Part shown: in pieces, positions 1 through 12,488 of the stretch
How the letters are laid out: every line of letters starts with the position of its first letter
How positions within the stretch are numbered: position 1 is the stretch's first letter
Assembly: GCA_013239625.1 (NCBI GenBank)
Contig: MU054323.1
Coordinates: forward strand, 15,752,029-15,816,028
Origin: Lama guanicoe
Taxonomy: Eukaryota
Direction of reading: 5' to 3'
Length of the DNA: 64,000 nucleotides
Notes under the pieces: generated by a model
The model's database searches: none
What the model was told of the DNA's origin: nothing
What the model saw: only the letters and a program-made list of their open reading frames with translations
Made by a program: the position numbers and the translations under genes

Positions 1-301
1 CAATGTGATCACTTGAGTCCTTAAAAGCAGAGACCCTTTCCCAGCTATTATCAGTCACAGAGAGATGTGACTATGGAAGAGTCATGAGAAAGATGTGACA
101 GCTGCCTCTGAGGTTGGAGGAAGGGGGCCTTGACCAAGAAAAGCAGGCTGGAGGACAAGGCAGTGGCAGTCTCCGAGAGCCTTCGGGAAGGAGCACAGCC
201 CTCCCAGGGAGACCCATGTCGGACTTCTGACCTTCAGCTGGAAGCCAAGATGTATGTTGTTTAAGCCACTAAATTTACAGCAGAAATAGGCAACTAATAC
301 A
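1..301 (+). mobile_element. MaLR LTR fragment (MLT1-like), truncated by window start
   Basis: MLT1-type motifs (gtccttaaaagcagag; ggacttctgacct; tgttgtttaagccactaaattt) and the typical LTR 3' terminus ...gcagaaataggcaactaataca. Confidence 0.75.
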
Positions 302-469
302 CCTGGCAAGGAGGACCATTCTGTCCCATCTTCTTGAGTCTGCAGCAAAGGGGTGGGGGTGGGAGGGAGCCTGAGGCAAGAGCCACAGCGGGAGGGGCCC
401 AGGAGCTGCAAATCCCGAGCCAGCACAGGACTTCAGGGCAGGAAGCGACTCTGGGGCCCGGACTTCATG

Positions 470-592
470 TTGCTGTCACCAGGGGAGCTTTTAAAAATGC
501 TGATGATTGGGCCGCATCCCAGACCTGTTAAACTAGAGTCTGGCAAATACCCAGAAGCTGGTATTTTCATCTGTAGCCAAGGTTGAGAATCA
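470..592. mobile_element. MER5-like hAT-Charlie MITE fragment
   Basis: tcaccaggggagcttttaaaaatgctgatg...cccagacctgttaaactagagtct...gccaaggttgagaatca resembles the MER5A consensus. Confidence 0.55.
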
Positions 593-1091
593 AGTCCCCG
601 AGAGGGGAGGAAAGGGGCAGCTCGACTTCCAGGTGCAAGTGGCCATGGCCCACAAGTCTCTCCGGCTCCCGCCCAGTCCTCTTCTCATGCCCTCGGGCTA
701 CCCTGCCTGTACAGAAACTGACAGGATCCAGAACAGCCTGGGAGGGTGCTCCAGGGCCCAGTGGCACAGACCGCCTCCATCCCCACCCCTGCCACTTCTC
801 CGGAGTGACAGGCTGGCGAACACTTGAACCTCACGCCTCAGGCACACCACCCCCGGGCTGAATGAGCTGAGGGCACAGTTCACACCCAAGAATCTTACGC
901 TCTTCCTTTTCCTCACCTCGCTCTCCCAGACGCACAGAGGAAACAAGGACTGCCCTTGACTTCCCCCGCTTCCTGACGGTTCCCCTTGACCTCCCATTGC
1001 ACGTGGACTGGGCTTATCCCCGGGCAGCCCCTTCTCCTGGAGCTCGTTCTCCCTCGATCCCTAGATCATTCTGCTAGAGGAGCAGATGGCC

Positions 1092-1252
1092 ACTCCCATG
1101 CACACTAGAACCACTTGGGGAGCTTCTGAAATCCCAATGCCCAGACCAAACCTCAGATCGGTTAAATCACAATTTCTGAGTGTGGGACTCAGGGATCATT
1201 CATTTTCAGAGCTCTCTGGGTACTGCTGCTGGGCAACCAGAGAGTGAAGGCA
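1092..1252. mobile_element. MER5-like hAT-Charlie MITE
   Basis: cactagaaccacttggggagcttctgaaatcccaatgcccagacc...aaatcacaatttctgagtgtgggactcagg resembles MER5A/B. Confidence 0.55.
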
Positions 1253-1486
1253 CACGTATTCCGCCAGCGCTGTGCTGTCATCTGGAGGATCCTGCATCCC
1301 TGCCCCACCCACCCCCCGCCTCCCCCCACCCCTGCCCAGGCTGCCAGCCTAGGCTGCAGGAGCACCGCTCTCCTCCCTCTTCTCAGCCTTCCTCCTGTGG
1401 TCTCCAGACTTATTTATTCTCCTCCCTTCCTCTTATCACTGGCAGCCCCACTGCTGATTTTCTCAACACTCACAGCATCCTCTAAG

Positions 1487-1632
1487 ACATTGCTACTCAA
1501 AATGCGTTCCACCGTATCATCTTGTTAGAAAGGCACAACCTGGGATATCACATCCAACCTGCAGAATTAGAATCTACATTTGAACAAAATCCCCAGGTGA
1601 CCAGACACAGGCTGAGTTTGGGAAGCACCAAG
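1487..1632. mobile_element. MER5-like hAT-Charlie MITE
   Basis: cattgctactcaaaatg...gttagaaaggcaca...cagaattagaatctacatttgaacaaaatccccaggtga...gagtttgggaagcac resembles MER5A. Confidence 0.6.
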
Positions 1633-1864
1633 CACTGTCTGTTGCCAAGGCACTCCATGTCCCTGCGCTTACCAAGCCCTGCGATGTGGAAACAGACTGC
1701 AAGCCGGAGAGCCCCCTAGTTCCACAGTAATTCTCAGATCAGCAGATTACACACCCACATTTCCTCCTTTCCTTTATTCCTTTCCTTCTTTCCATAATTC
1801 TCTATTACCCTGAACACTCGGGCTAGAAAATCCTAGGACACGGCGCCTGTTCTCAAGTAGGTTA

Positions 1865-2775
1865 TAGTCAATCTTCATGATTTTCTAATTCCATATTTGC
1901 AAATTCACCTCTGTGCTGAAATTTACTCGTGTCTCCAAAAACCGGCATTCATGGCACTTTCATTGTCGTTTGTGGACATGCACAGACGGGGGAGTGTTTC
2001 ACACAGCACTCCCAGCTGAGGTCAAACAAGGCGCTGCTCTGCCTTCCTGTTCCAGCTCATACTGTAACAAGTGTCCTTTTCACAGTCTTTTTAGCACCAC
2101 ATTGTTCTGCTTTTCATTGGGGATATTTTTAATAGTCCCAAGCATAGCACTGAAGCGCTATCCGGGTGTTCTAAGCACGGGAAGGCTGTGCCTGCTCATG
2201 GAGAAACTGACGGTATTAGATAAACTTCCTTCAGGCCACTTGTGTTGTCGGTCATGACAAAGTTAATGAATCGGTGATTCCGGACATTCAGCAGAACAAA
2301 GAGGAAATCCACTGATCTGTATGTGAGCCTACTCCAGAAAGTGCTAAAGTAATTAATATCTATAGAGCATGATGAAGCTATGGAAAAGGTGAAAAAGTGA
2401 CTGAACTTGGGAATTCATGAAATGAAAATTGATATTTTTTTTAAAGCATAGTGGATAGCATCGTGAGGCTGAAAGCTAAAAAAATTTACCATAACGTTAC
2501 CCAGAGTCAGGAAAAAACTCAGCTAGCATTTTGTTATACAGAAATACTACATATAATTAATTATTTTTAAGAAACATATATATTAAACTGGATGTCTTGA
2601 AACAGAAACACACATAAAACAAGTTTATATATTGATCTATTGATAAAAATGTGACCAGAGGCCCACAAAAACCTAATCCTGTACTTCCCCTAGGAGCCAT
2701 GGCTCAGAACTTCCTAATTTGATGTTTGCAGCAACTTTATAGAACAGAATGATCGCGAATAACACGATTTGACAG
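1865..2775 (+). mobile_element. TcMar-Tigger DNA transposon relic (MER82/Tigger17-like) with degenerate transposase N-terminus
   Basis: MER82-like ends (cccagctgaggtcaaacaaggcgctgctctgcc; gtgaccagaggcccacaaaaacctaatcctgtacttcccctaggagc; cgcgaataacacgatttgacag) flank a ~300 bp internal segment with frameshifted pogo/CENP-B-like coding remnants. Confidence 0.65.
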
Positions 2776-3077
2776 TGTGTGTAGTATGGGAAAGAGGTGA
2801 TCCCTTGCTCTCAAAGTGATCAACAGTAAGACAGGGGACACTATGGATGTGGGGTGATCAGGTTCCATATTTCTGTCTTATTTTTTAAATCATAAGATTT
2901 AGCAAAATATAATTTTAAAAATTTAAATTTTTTCTGTACAAACTTTTGAAAGAAAATTTTATATTTTTGCTTTTGAAATTATTTGTCTACAAGCAACATT
3001 TAATTTATGATCAGCTACGATTTCTTCACAATTTTCAGACACACTCAGGAAATCGTGCAAAGTGAGAAAATCTAGCA

Positions 3078-3208
3078 CTGGGGCTGGGGCTGGGGCTGGG
3101 GTTAGGGGCTAGGGGCAGGGGCAGGGGCAGGGCCAGGGCTGAGGGCCAGAGCCAGGGGTCAGGGGTCAGGGGTCAGGGACAGAGTTGAGGGTCAGGGTCA
3201 AGTTCAGG
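3078..3208 (+). repeat. G-rich degenerate tandem repeat of GGGGCT, GGGGCA and GGGGTCA units
   Basis: Directly visible 6-7 bp units with G3-G4 runs. Confidence 0.9.
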
Positions 3209-4517
3209 AAAGAATCAGCTCTGAGGTCTCCTTTTCTCCCAAGGGAATAACTTCCCAGCTAATTTTTATTTCTCGTTCTGAATCTTCAGAGATAACCCTG
3301 CTACCCAATTTAACCTCAAGACTCACACAAATTCCCAGGACCTAAAGACAGCCATAGAGAAAATTACCCAGAGAGGAGGGCTTTCTAATGCAGGTACGTG
3401 GTCCGGATTCAGATCATCCTGCTACCATGGTTCTCTTTCTATGTGGTTGTCTTCTAACACTCTAGATAGAGGGAGGAAAAAATAATAATCCATCAAGAAA
3501 TGACTTGTGTAATATCTGTATCTTTTCTAAAGTCTGATTTATCATAGATCCAGGGGTCAAGATCATTATCACGGCCGTGCTGGAGAGTTCCAGCAGATGT
3601 GTTTCCGTGGGATGGTAGCTTTCTTCAGGACCAGTAGGACTGCTATTGCAACTATTTCCTGACTAGTCTATAAGTCATCATCTATTTAACGTTAAGTTTT
3701 ATTAAAAAAAATTTTTGTAACCAGTTCCATTCAGGAAGCTTCACAGTGCCCGTTGGGAAACTTCTTCCAATCAGCTTCTGTTACAGTGATGACTGTGCAG
3801 AGAGAGACATGTTGTTTGTGTCAAGCTGAGCCCTCTCCATGCCTTGGCCATGGTGATAGGGTGGGGTGGAGGTGGGTACCAGAATTCGAGGTCAGTGGGG
3901 CAGGTCCAGAAACTCCATTTTATCTGCTCCCCAGAGGTGACCAGGCATTTGGAAACAGTTTCACACTAACCAAGCTCCTTGATTCTAGAAATTTCCTGAG
4001 GCCCTAGATAATGTGAAGTACATGCTTGACTTCATGAAAGGCATGTTGGGAGGCTCAGTTCCCACATACACACAACCTTTGCTCTCAACTGAGGCAGGCT
4101 GTTGACATGGAACCCTAGGCCTAGAGGCCCGGCGTGACCTGCCCAGGCCCACTCGGGTGGGCGGCGCAGCCAGGCTAGAACACATCTTCAGTTCTTAGTG
4201 GGGCAGCACCTCCTGGGCCAGCCAGACCTGTGCCCCTGGCGGGACTGGACATGAGATTCCACTGACCCCAGAACACAGTCTTCCATGTCCCGCAGCTCCT
4301 GGACCGCGGGGCTCACCCCAAGCCACAGAAGCCCAAGGAGAAGCTCCTGTCACTTCAGGTCAGCTCCTCCCAACCCACACTTTCAGAAACAGCATGGGGT
4401 CGGCCTGGGGCCTTAGTGAGGCTGATTCTCAGCACCCAGGCAGAGAACGGACACTTTTGTTCCCTTGAAAGTTTTTCTCACCTGCTTGCCAGTCCCTAAA
4501 ACTTTTATCATTTTTGT

Positions 4518-4912
4518 GTTTTTTTTTAATTGAAGTATAGTTGATTTACAATATTGTGTTAGTTTCAGGTGTACAGCAACATGATTCAGTTATACATATT
4601 TTCCACTATAGATTATTACAAGATAATGATTATAATTCCCAGTGCTATGTAGTAAATCTTTGTTGCTTATTTATTTACGTATAGTAGTTCATATCTGTTA
4701 ATCCCAAACTCCTAATTTTTTCCTCCCCCACCCCCCTTTCCCCTTAGGTAACTGTAAGTTTGTTTCCTATATGTGTGAGTCTGTTTATTTTGTATATAAA
4801 TTCATTTGTATATTTTTCTAGCTTCTACATATATCATATAATATCTGTCTTCTATCTGACTTACTTCACTTAGTAGGCAATTCTCTAGGTCTATCTATGT
4901 TGCTGCAAACAG
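4518..4912 (-). mobile_element. L1 3' end, artiodactyl-type, 5'-truncated
   Basis: Poly(T) at about 4518-4527 followed by aattgaagtatagttgatttacaatattgtgttagtttcaggtgtacagc..., the reverse complement of the same L1 3' UTR seen at 32809-33012 and 63861-63972. Confidence 0.8.
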
Positions 4913-5180
4913 CATAGAACTTCTTTTAAAGAAAAAAACAAGAGACAATTAGAAGTTAAAGGCTTAAGATGAAACTGGGGAGGGAAGTGACTAGGCGTGA
5001 TGGTTCCACAATATTGTGAATATACCTAATACCACTGAACAGCACACCTACAACCAGTTAATCTGATTTAAAAAGACAACAAGCCAATAAAGGGAGGGAA
5101 TGACTGTTTTTCTGGACCTCTTTATGCTGCTGTGATCTGTTCTGTGAGCACTCCAAGCATGAGTTTTGTTTTTCTTCCAG

Positions 5181-5407
5181 GCCGGGCCATCTCCTTTGTG
5201 ACCAAGAACTTCTTTTCCAAATCTAATGGAAACAGAGGCGGTGCTCCCAATGTGGCTGTGGTGATGGTGGACGGCTGGCCCACGGACAAGGTGGAAGAGG
5301 CTTCAAGGTTCGCGAGAGAGTCAGGAATCAACATTTTCTTCATCACCATTGAAGGTGCCACTGAAAATGAGAAGCAGTACGTGCTGGAGCCCAACTTTGC
5401 AAACAAG
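5181..5407 (+). CDS. VIT: Vitrin, third-from-last coding exon (end of vWA domain 1)
   Basis: Acceptor ttttcttccag|GC, donor AAG|gtatgt; 227 nt encoding (G)RAISFVTKNFFSKSNGNRGGAPNVAVVMVDGWPTDKVEEASRFARESGINIFFITIEG...EPNFANK, recognisable vitrin sequence; phase joins the next exon. Confidence 0.96.
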
Positions 5408-6119
5408 GTATGTGAGAGCCTGGAGACCCACCCAACGTAAGGTTTCCCCACACTTTGCAAAGCTGTAACAGCCATCCGGGGTGTTTCTTCTTCCTTCAAA
5501 GAGGTTTTAAGCTCATTTCATGGTAGGAGGTGCCTCCAGTGAGACTAGTAGGTCTGGATCCCGGAATTACCTTCTCAAAGCAACCCTCCCCTCCCCACCC
5601 AAGCACCTGGTGAACTGAGGCCAGCAGGAGGAGGAGGGTCCCCAGGGTCTCACACAGAGGCTCCCCGGGGCTCCTCCCACAGCCCCAGGGGACCTCGACT
5701 GTGCAGCCCAGCAGGCCTTCACACGAGCTGGCACACTGGCACACACACACTGCAAATTAACTGATCTGATAAACAACAAAAACAAAGGTACTAAACCAGG
5801 TCAGGGAGATTAGGCTGCCCCTGGGTTCTGCGGGGATGCCTGGCAGGAGCTGGGGGCAGAACTGATGGGGAGCTAGGCCCTCATACCCACTGCCCCCAAA
5901 CAGCTCATTTTTTGTATATTTTGCATAGTAGAACCCCACATAAACCCTCCTCCACAGACAGGACCCCAGGTTTAAAAAGGAAAGAAGGTAGTTAGGAGGG
6001 AGGGGCAGGGGCAGGGGGCTGCCTCTTTCTGGCTTGTCTGTGATGCCCTTGCAGCTCTGAGGTTCTGTGTCTCAGGATCCAGTGGGGCTCAGCCTCCTGC
6101 ACTAACCCTGCACTTCATC

Positions 6120-6700
6120 GTCCTTGACATCCTCATCTCCCTCACCTCCCTCACCTCCACGACACGGTGTGGCTCTTACTACACTTACTCTCTCCTCTTC
6201 TCCGTCTTATATCCTCAACATGGACTTCCTCAGGACTCAGATCTGGGCCCTCTCCTCTGCTCTCACTAGGTTTTCTCTCTCCAGAGTCTCTCGCAAGGCC
6301 ACAGCTTCATCCTTCCTTCGCTCACAAGCAGCCACACCCTCATGTCTCCCTCCCTGGTCCCTCTAGAGCTCATTAGCCATCTATTTCCAGCTGATTGGCT
6401 GCTCTCCACCTGAAGTCCTGAAGAGCCTTAAATCTTACATATAAAAAGCCAAGTGCAACATCTTTCCAGCCTGCATCCATTCCTCCTCTGACCCCATACA
6501 TCTCCCAGTCACCAGCATCATCCCAGGACACCTGGGCAGCTCCCACATCACGTCTCATATCTGTCTACTCTTTTCCACGTCCAATGCCACCTCCCCAGTT
6601 CAAGCTAGTTCTTTACATCTATTCTTTCTCCCTCCTGGGTCTCCCCAGTTTAGCTCAACTCATGTTTATGAAGAGTTCTTCCAGTCCCGTGGGGTCCCTG
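6120..6700 (+). mobile_element. Ancient L2 LINE fragment
   Basis: Pyrimidine-rich degenerate L2 motifs (cctcaggactcagatctgggccctctcctctgctctcacta; ctctccacctgaagtcctgaagagccttaaatcttacat). Confidence 0.5.
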
Positions 6701-7915
6701 CTCCAAATTCTTCATTATTCCCTATTTCTCCTGAGGCCATGTGGCATGTGGTCCCCGCCCACCACCTAGACCATCTACTGTGACCGCTACCCACACCCTG
6801 TGCTCCAGCCTCCTGGTCTTCCGTCCACCCAGCACCATCTCTCTCCCTCGCCACAACTCCCTCGGGCCACCTCGTGGGAATCCCTCCTCTCCATCCGTTG
6901 GCTGGAATTCATCTCAGCCTTCATCTCATCTCATGTGCCCCCCAGTCCATGGAAAGTTTTGTGAATCCTACTTAGGTTTTTACAAAACAATTAAAAAATA
7001 TTGCCTAGAACATTTTAAAGTCATTTCTTGTTTTAAAATAATTTTAAATTCTACTTCATCTGTAGCCATCAGGTCTGTGGCTCTCTCTGTGACCCCTAGA
7101 GGGGCAGTGGTGGGGAGGAAACAGTCACTTCCAGGAGCACATCAACCAGGTTGCTCAATGTTGATTTGCAGATGCCAAAAGTTTTTTCTGGAACAAGCTT
7201 GGGCACAAGTAAACAAATATTCACTTGCCTGGAAGCAGGGTTGTCCAGGGGACAGAACCTGGGTTTTGCAGACAGAATAGGTTTGTGTTCCAGGCTCAGG
7301 GACTCAAGGATGTCACTTCACAGCTGGCCCTGTTTGTTCCTTCATGACAAGGGGGTTCTAATTCTACTTTGTAGGGCTAAGGTAGGGGTTTAATGAGATA
7401 ATTTCTCCAAGAACATCTAGCGTGGTGCCTAACATGTGTGGAACCCCTTTTTGCTGGGTGCAGGGCTGCTCTGGAAACATGTCTTTAGCTGTTTGTCGTG
7501 TGTGCCTTTTGTCTTCTCAATCGGAACAAAGCTCTCTTTAATCCTCTTGTGGGCTGGTGCCCACCAGTGCCAACCTCATAGGGCTGCCAGTACACGTACT
7601 GAGGGGCCTGGAGAGGCATAAATATAAAGCTGAAATCAGTGACTCACCTCTCCCTATGGACCTGCCTAACTGATGGCTCTCCATGAAAGCAGAGACCCAG
7701 CTGAGGCAGTGGGAGTGAGTTCAGAGATAACTTGAGGGCACTCTGCTTTGGCGAGTGCCTGGATGGGTGAACCAAGATGGAGAGAGAGCGTTTGGAGGCC
7801 AGGCCCAGAAAACGAGTCTGCTGGTCATTCCTCTGCCCTGGGGGTCGAGAGTGATGGTGACAGACTGGAGGATGTGACCCTGACCGGGCAGGTGTCCCTC
7901 CCCTGTGTCTTCCAG

Positions 7916-8429
7916 GCTGTGTGCAGAACCAATGGCTTCTACTCGCTCAATGTGCAGAACTGGTTCGGCCTCCACAAGACCGTGCAGCACCTGGTGAAGC
8001 GGGTCTGTGACGTGGACCGACTGGCCTGCAGCAAGACCTGCTTAAACTCAGCCGACATTGGCTTCGTCATCGACGGCTCCAGCAGCGTTGGGACAAGCAA
8101 CTTCCGAACAGTCCTCCAGTTCGTGGCCAACCTCAGCAAAGAGTTTGAGATTTCAGACATGGACACGCGGATCGGGGCCATGCAGTACACCTACGAGCAG
8201 CGGCTAGAGTTTGGGTTTGAGGAGCACAGCAGCAAGGCTGACGTCCTCAATGCCATCAAGAAGGTGGGGTACTGGAGCGGTGGCACCAGCACAGGGGCCG
8301 CCATAAACTATGCCCTGGAACAGCTCTTCAAGAAGTCCAAGCCCAACAAGAGGAAGCTGATGATCCTCATCACTGACGGGAGGTCCTACGATGACGTCAG
8401 GATACCGTCCACAGTTGCCCATCACAAGG
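7916..8429 (+). CDS. VIT: Vitrin, penultimate coding exon (vWA domain 2 with MIDAS)
   Basis: Acceptor ccctgtgtcttccag|GCT, donor AAGG|gtaagt; 514 nt encoding AVCRTNGFYSL...ADIGFVIDGSSSVG...GGTSTGAAI...MILITDGRSYDDV; DxSxS...T...D MIDAS intact. Confidence 0.97.
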
Positions 8430-10422
8430 GTAAGTGAGATGGTCCAGCTGCCGAGCATCCCTTGGGCCTGGTTGGGCCAGCGGGACAAGGATGGGACTGT
8501 CTCTTTATACACTGGTTTTGTCGACCACCTAATAGTGTTCAAACCATAGGCAGAGCAGGCCCCACTGGGCAGAGAAGAAGGGTCACACAGGGAGCATCAC
8601 AGAGGTTCCCACCATGTCCCGGCGAGCCCAAGGCCTGCAGGTGACGGGGAGAGTTAACTTCTTTACATCCCACACTCTGAGGCACTGCACATGAAGGGTT
8701 GGTACATTAAAAAGGAATTTGACGTATCATTTTACTCTCCATTGAAGACCACCAAACTGGGTTAAGAAACTTCAGGAAAACAGATGTTTGAAAAGAAAAG
8801 TACTATTCTTGTAAGCAACTGCGAACCAGATATCAGAGGTCTGGGGGAGACCTCAAAGAACTTTCATTTAAAATATTTAAAGAAACATTCCCATATGAAA
8901 ACTTGGAAGAGGGCGGCAGAAAGTTTAAAACCATGAAAAATAAGCAAAATATTTTTGTAAATGTTTTGAAACACAGTCCTATTTGAGGCTTTTTTCACAG
9001 AATCTGTGTATAATCACTGTTTTGAAGTACCATCAAATACCAGGAAAACACAAACCACCTGAGAAAACCCCAAGAGACAGTAATGATGGTAATGATAATA
9101 AAAGTAAACTGAGTGGTCAGCGAGCACCGAAAACATGCAGATAAGGACCAGAGAACAAGGCTCACCCGTTGTGGGGGGAGTTTCTTCTTCTCTACCTACA
9201 TTTAATTTGGGTTCGTTTGCAGAATTTTCCTTATTCCTTAAAGCTGCTTTTAATCCTTTCCGAAACAAAGAGAGGTATAAAAATAAACAAGCCTTTAGGA
9301 ACCAGCAGTCCTGGCTTCTAGAAACCGAAGTAACCAGACACTAGGTTCAGACAGTCTTTCTAGCGACTTACTGGGCAGAGCCTGGGGGAGCACTTACCGT
9401 GGTGGGACGGCAGGTGGCCCGTGCGCCAGCAGCCAGCAGGCCCCTTGGGCTCGTATCAGCAGAGGGAAGACGGTTTCAGGCTCAGAAGCAATCCGCCCAA
9501 AGTTCCAGAGTAGTGGGGGGAGCCCGGTGGACCAGCTCTTGACGACAAGCCCTGGGCTCCCCTGCTTTCTCCAAACGTCTGTCCCCAGCTCACGTTCAGC
9601 TCCACTCACCTATTTTCTAGACGTCCCTCTTTGGGACCTCCCCCAGAGGGTCTCAGGGCGGTCTGAGGCGTGGGGAGTCTGGGGAGCGTGAGGGGCTTGA
9701 TTAGAAAAAGGTGTGCTCGTCTTCACTCTGCGCAGGCGTAACTAAGCTACAGGCCTCCACGTTTAAAGGTCACCAAGTGGGCACCCGCGCATGCCCAGTT
9801 GGAGGTCAGTGGGCCTATCCTGTCGTAACCAGCTCAGCTGAACGAGACACACCTGATGCTCAGCTCAGCTGGCAGCTGACTCCAAGTTTCTGGAGAACAA
9901 CTCGGGCGAACATCTTATTGTTCAGGCTATGTGCTACCTGGAGGATATGCAAGTCTTAAAATGACCTTGATTAGTGAAGGAAGGTGAAATGGATTTGACA
10001 CCCCACAGTTTCATTTTCATTTAAAAGACCTTGAACTGGCTTTCGATGCATCTAAGACTGAATTCTGTGTGACTCTACACACAGAGCAGGCGTGTACCAT
10101 GCGGTGCAATCTGCGCCGCATCCAAGTTTCACTTGTCCCAAAATGTCATCCCCTTGCTGCTCCTGGACATGAAATGCCTATCGTGTATTTACTCCATTTT
10201 TCTGTTTTTCTTTTCTCCAAAAGACTGTAAACTCCTATGAGACAGCAACTCATCAATTTTACTGCTGCTGGCATACAGCAGATGTTCATGCTTTGGGCAC
10301 AGTCCTGATTTCAGATTTGGTTGTGTTCAAGCACAATAGCCAAGAGAGTGGCAGGAAGGCAAGGATTCATCTCAGTGCTTTTCTTTGGTGACATTTGCTT
10401 CATCTACCTTCTGTCCTCACAG

Positions 10423-10601
10423 GAGTGATCACCTATGCAATAGGCGTGGCCTGGGCTGCACAGGACGAGCTGGAAGTCATTGCCACTCACCCTGCCAGAG
10501 ACCATGCCTTCTTTGTGGACGAGTTTGACTACCTCTACAAATTGGTCCCCCAGGTCATCCAGAACATTTGTACAGAGTTCAACTCACAGCCTCGGAACTG
10601 A
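10423..10601 (+). CDS. VIT: Vitrin, last coding exon to TGA stop
   Basis: Acceptor ctgtcctcacag|GA; encodes (G)VITYAIGVAWAAQDELEVIATHPARDHAFFVDEFD...IQNICTEFNSQPRN*; TGA at 10599-10601. Confidence 0.97.
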
Positions 10602-10858
10602 ATTCAGAGCAGGCAAAGCACCAGCAAACGCTCTTTCCCAACCGGCTCAGGCACAACCCCCAACGCCGCAGGGGACACACGTGGGGCAGCAAGGCACGCA
10701 GGGCTTGGAAATGACGCGTTGTTATTACTCTTTGCCAGTGTGGGTTTTCATACTTCAAACCTTGGAGTTAGAAATTGATTGTAAATTTGTAGAATGAGCC
10801 AAAATGATAGGTCGTTTTGGGAGTGCTGGGGATTTTACATTTGGAGAACTGTCTTCAA

Positions 10859-11006
10859 AATAAATGTTGAGAACAGAACATGGCACTTACAACAGGCTTA
10901 ACTAGCGCTTTTGCGAGGTTTTTAACATTTTAATTTCCCATTAGAATTCTGTAACTCTCCACAAGTTTCAGTTTTGTCATGACAATATAGGAGTTGCTTA
11001 ATTAAA
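10859..11006 (+). terminator. VIT: Candidate VIT polyadenylation signals: AATAAA 10859-10864 and ATTAAA 11001-11006
   Basis: Hexamers about 260 and 400 nt after the stop codon in an AT-rich 3' UTR; which one is used cannot be read from the sequence. Confidence 0.55.
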
Positions 11007-11437
11007 TGTCTGAAAAGCTTTCATGCAATCCCTCTGACCGTGTCACGAGTAGTGTTCACAGGCTTCGTGGCAGGGCCACCCTCTCTGCTCCTCTCATGTC
11101 CTAGAGCATGTGCACCCTCTCCTGGCCCAAGGTGACCACACACCCACGGGGGTGCAGAGAAAATGTTGCCACAGCACGGCTGCTCCCGATTCACCTCCCT
11201 TGTCTCTGTTATCCCAATCACTATGTTTCTGTGACATCTAGAGCAGTCGGGGAACGGCCCTGGAGGACCACGCTGAGCTGGCGTTGAAAGCGGTGCGGAC
11301 GCTCTCGAGCTGCACATCAGAGTCCCATCCCAATACCGGTGGAAGCTGTGTCTCTGGGAATGGAGCCTGAAGGCCAGCGGGTTTGGAGAGCCCTCTGGTG
11401 GTACTGATGAGCTGCCAGGACTACTGACAGACCTACA

Positions 11438-12488
11438 AGGGGTCACCAGTAGAGCTGTTTATGCCTGTTGTTCTGGGTCCCATTTAGTTTAGCATTTGTC
11501 TTGGAGTTTTCATTTGTTAAATAGATATCATTATTAATAGTTGCATTAAAATAAGCCAGACTGGGTTTGACTGGACCCCAGTTTTTACTTCATCTATTAG
11601 GACATGAAACTACATACGCATAGGGAAACATTCAGAAGAATCCTAAATAGAGATGACTTTCTTGACAAGTTATGTTCTGTAAAAATGTATGTTGGAGAAT
11701 GATACTCTAAACGGAGGCCAAAAGATAGTACCTGTGTCAATACTTGGGACAAAATATTTACATAGAAATTTTGAATTGAAAATATCATCCGTTTAGCAGA
11801 ATTTGCAGAGAGCTTACCAAATCTCTCAATACCTGAGGCATTATCGCCGGTTAAAAATCTTGTGGTCTATAGAGAAAGGTGTCAGCAATTTCAAATTTAT
11901 TAATTATACATTTTACTTTGAAAGCAGTTGCAAACGGATTTGTTCAAAAACTTCAAAATACAGTGGGGGAGGGTATAGCTCAGTGGTAAGAGTGCATGCC
12001 TAGCATGCACAAGGTCCTGGGGCTTGAACCCAGGACCTCCATTAAATAAATAGATGAATAAACCTAATTACCCCTCCCCCCCCAAATTATTTTTTAGCTT
12101 CAAAGTACAAAAATTAGCTTCAAAAAGGAGATTCTTCATAAAAATACCAGTGACACATTAATGACAGATTAGCTAAGAAACTAATTAAGGAGCTTAAGTA
12201 CTAGGAACAATCATTTTGCCTATGATTTTGAATGTGCAGATAATTGACATAAGGGAGTTTTTTTCAATGTTACTTCAATGTATGCATATGAGTTAACTTT
12301 CTGAAGAAAAATTTTATTTTGGAAAATAGTTTTGGAATAGAATTATTTTATAGGGACCTTAATATAAAAGCCAACTTGTCATCAATAAGTAAATACTTCC
12401 AAGAATAATATAACTTTAATTATTTTGGGTGTTCTCTTTCATTCACAAGATTGTCCCAGTTTGGAAAATAAATTATATGGTCACCCTA
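11438..12488 (+). mobile_element. hAT-Blackjack (MER94/BLACKJACK-like) internally deleted DNA transposon, interrupted by a SINE
   Basis: Right end ttgtcccagtttggaaaataaattatatggtcacccta and left end aggggtcacca...gtttatgcctgttgttctgg match TAGGGTGACCA-type termini; internal remnant LKILWSIEK resembles the hAT C-terminal dimerisation region. Confidence 0.65.
11965..12097 (+). mobile_element. tRNA-Ala-derived SINE (camelid Vic-1-like)
   Basis: gggggagggtatagctcagtggtaagagtgcatgcctagcatgcacaaggtcctggg head, aaataaa...aacctaattacccc tail; imperfect TSD cttcaaaataca (11951-11962) / cttcaaagtaca (12098-12109). Confidence 0.85.

Noticed and set aside
3078..3208. Interstitial telomeric repeat or immunoglobulin switch region
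   Set aside because: Only one TTAGGG unit, and far too short and out of context for a switch region
6741..7280. 179-aa ORF, the longest non-exonic ORF
   Set aside because: Intronic, starts at a non-ATG codon, has low-complexity P/S-rich composition next to an L2 relic, and shows no recognisable domain
7748..7915. N-terminal extension of the 229-aa VIT ORF
   Set aside because: Lies upstream of a strong acceptor at 7915 and does not resemble vitrin; intronic read-through of the frame
9390..9910. CpG-island or antisense promoter in the last VIT intron (minus-strand donor gtaagt near 9392)
   Set aside because: CpG enrichment is modest and similar to the surrounding GC-rich domain; a single donor motif is not enough support
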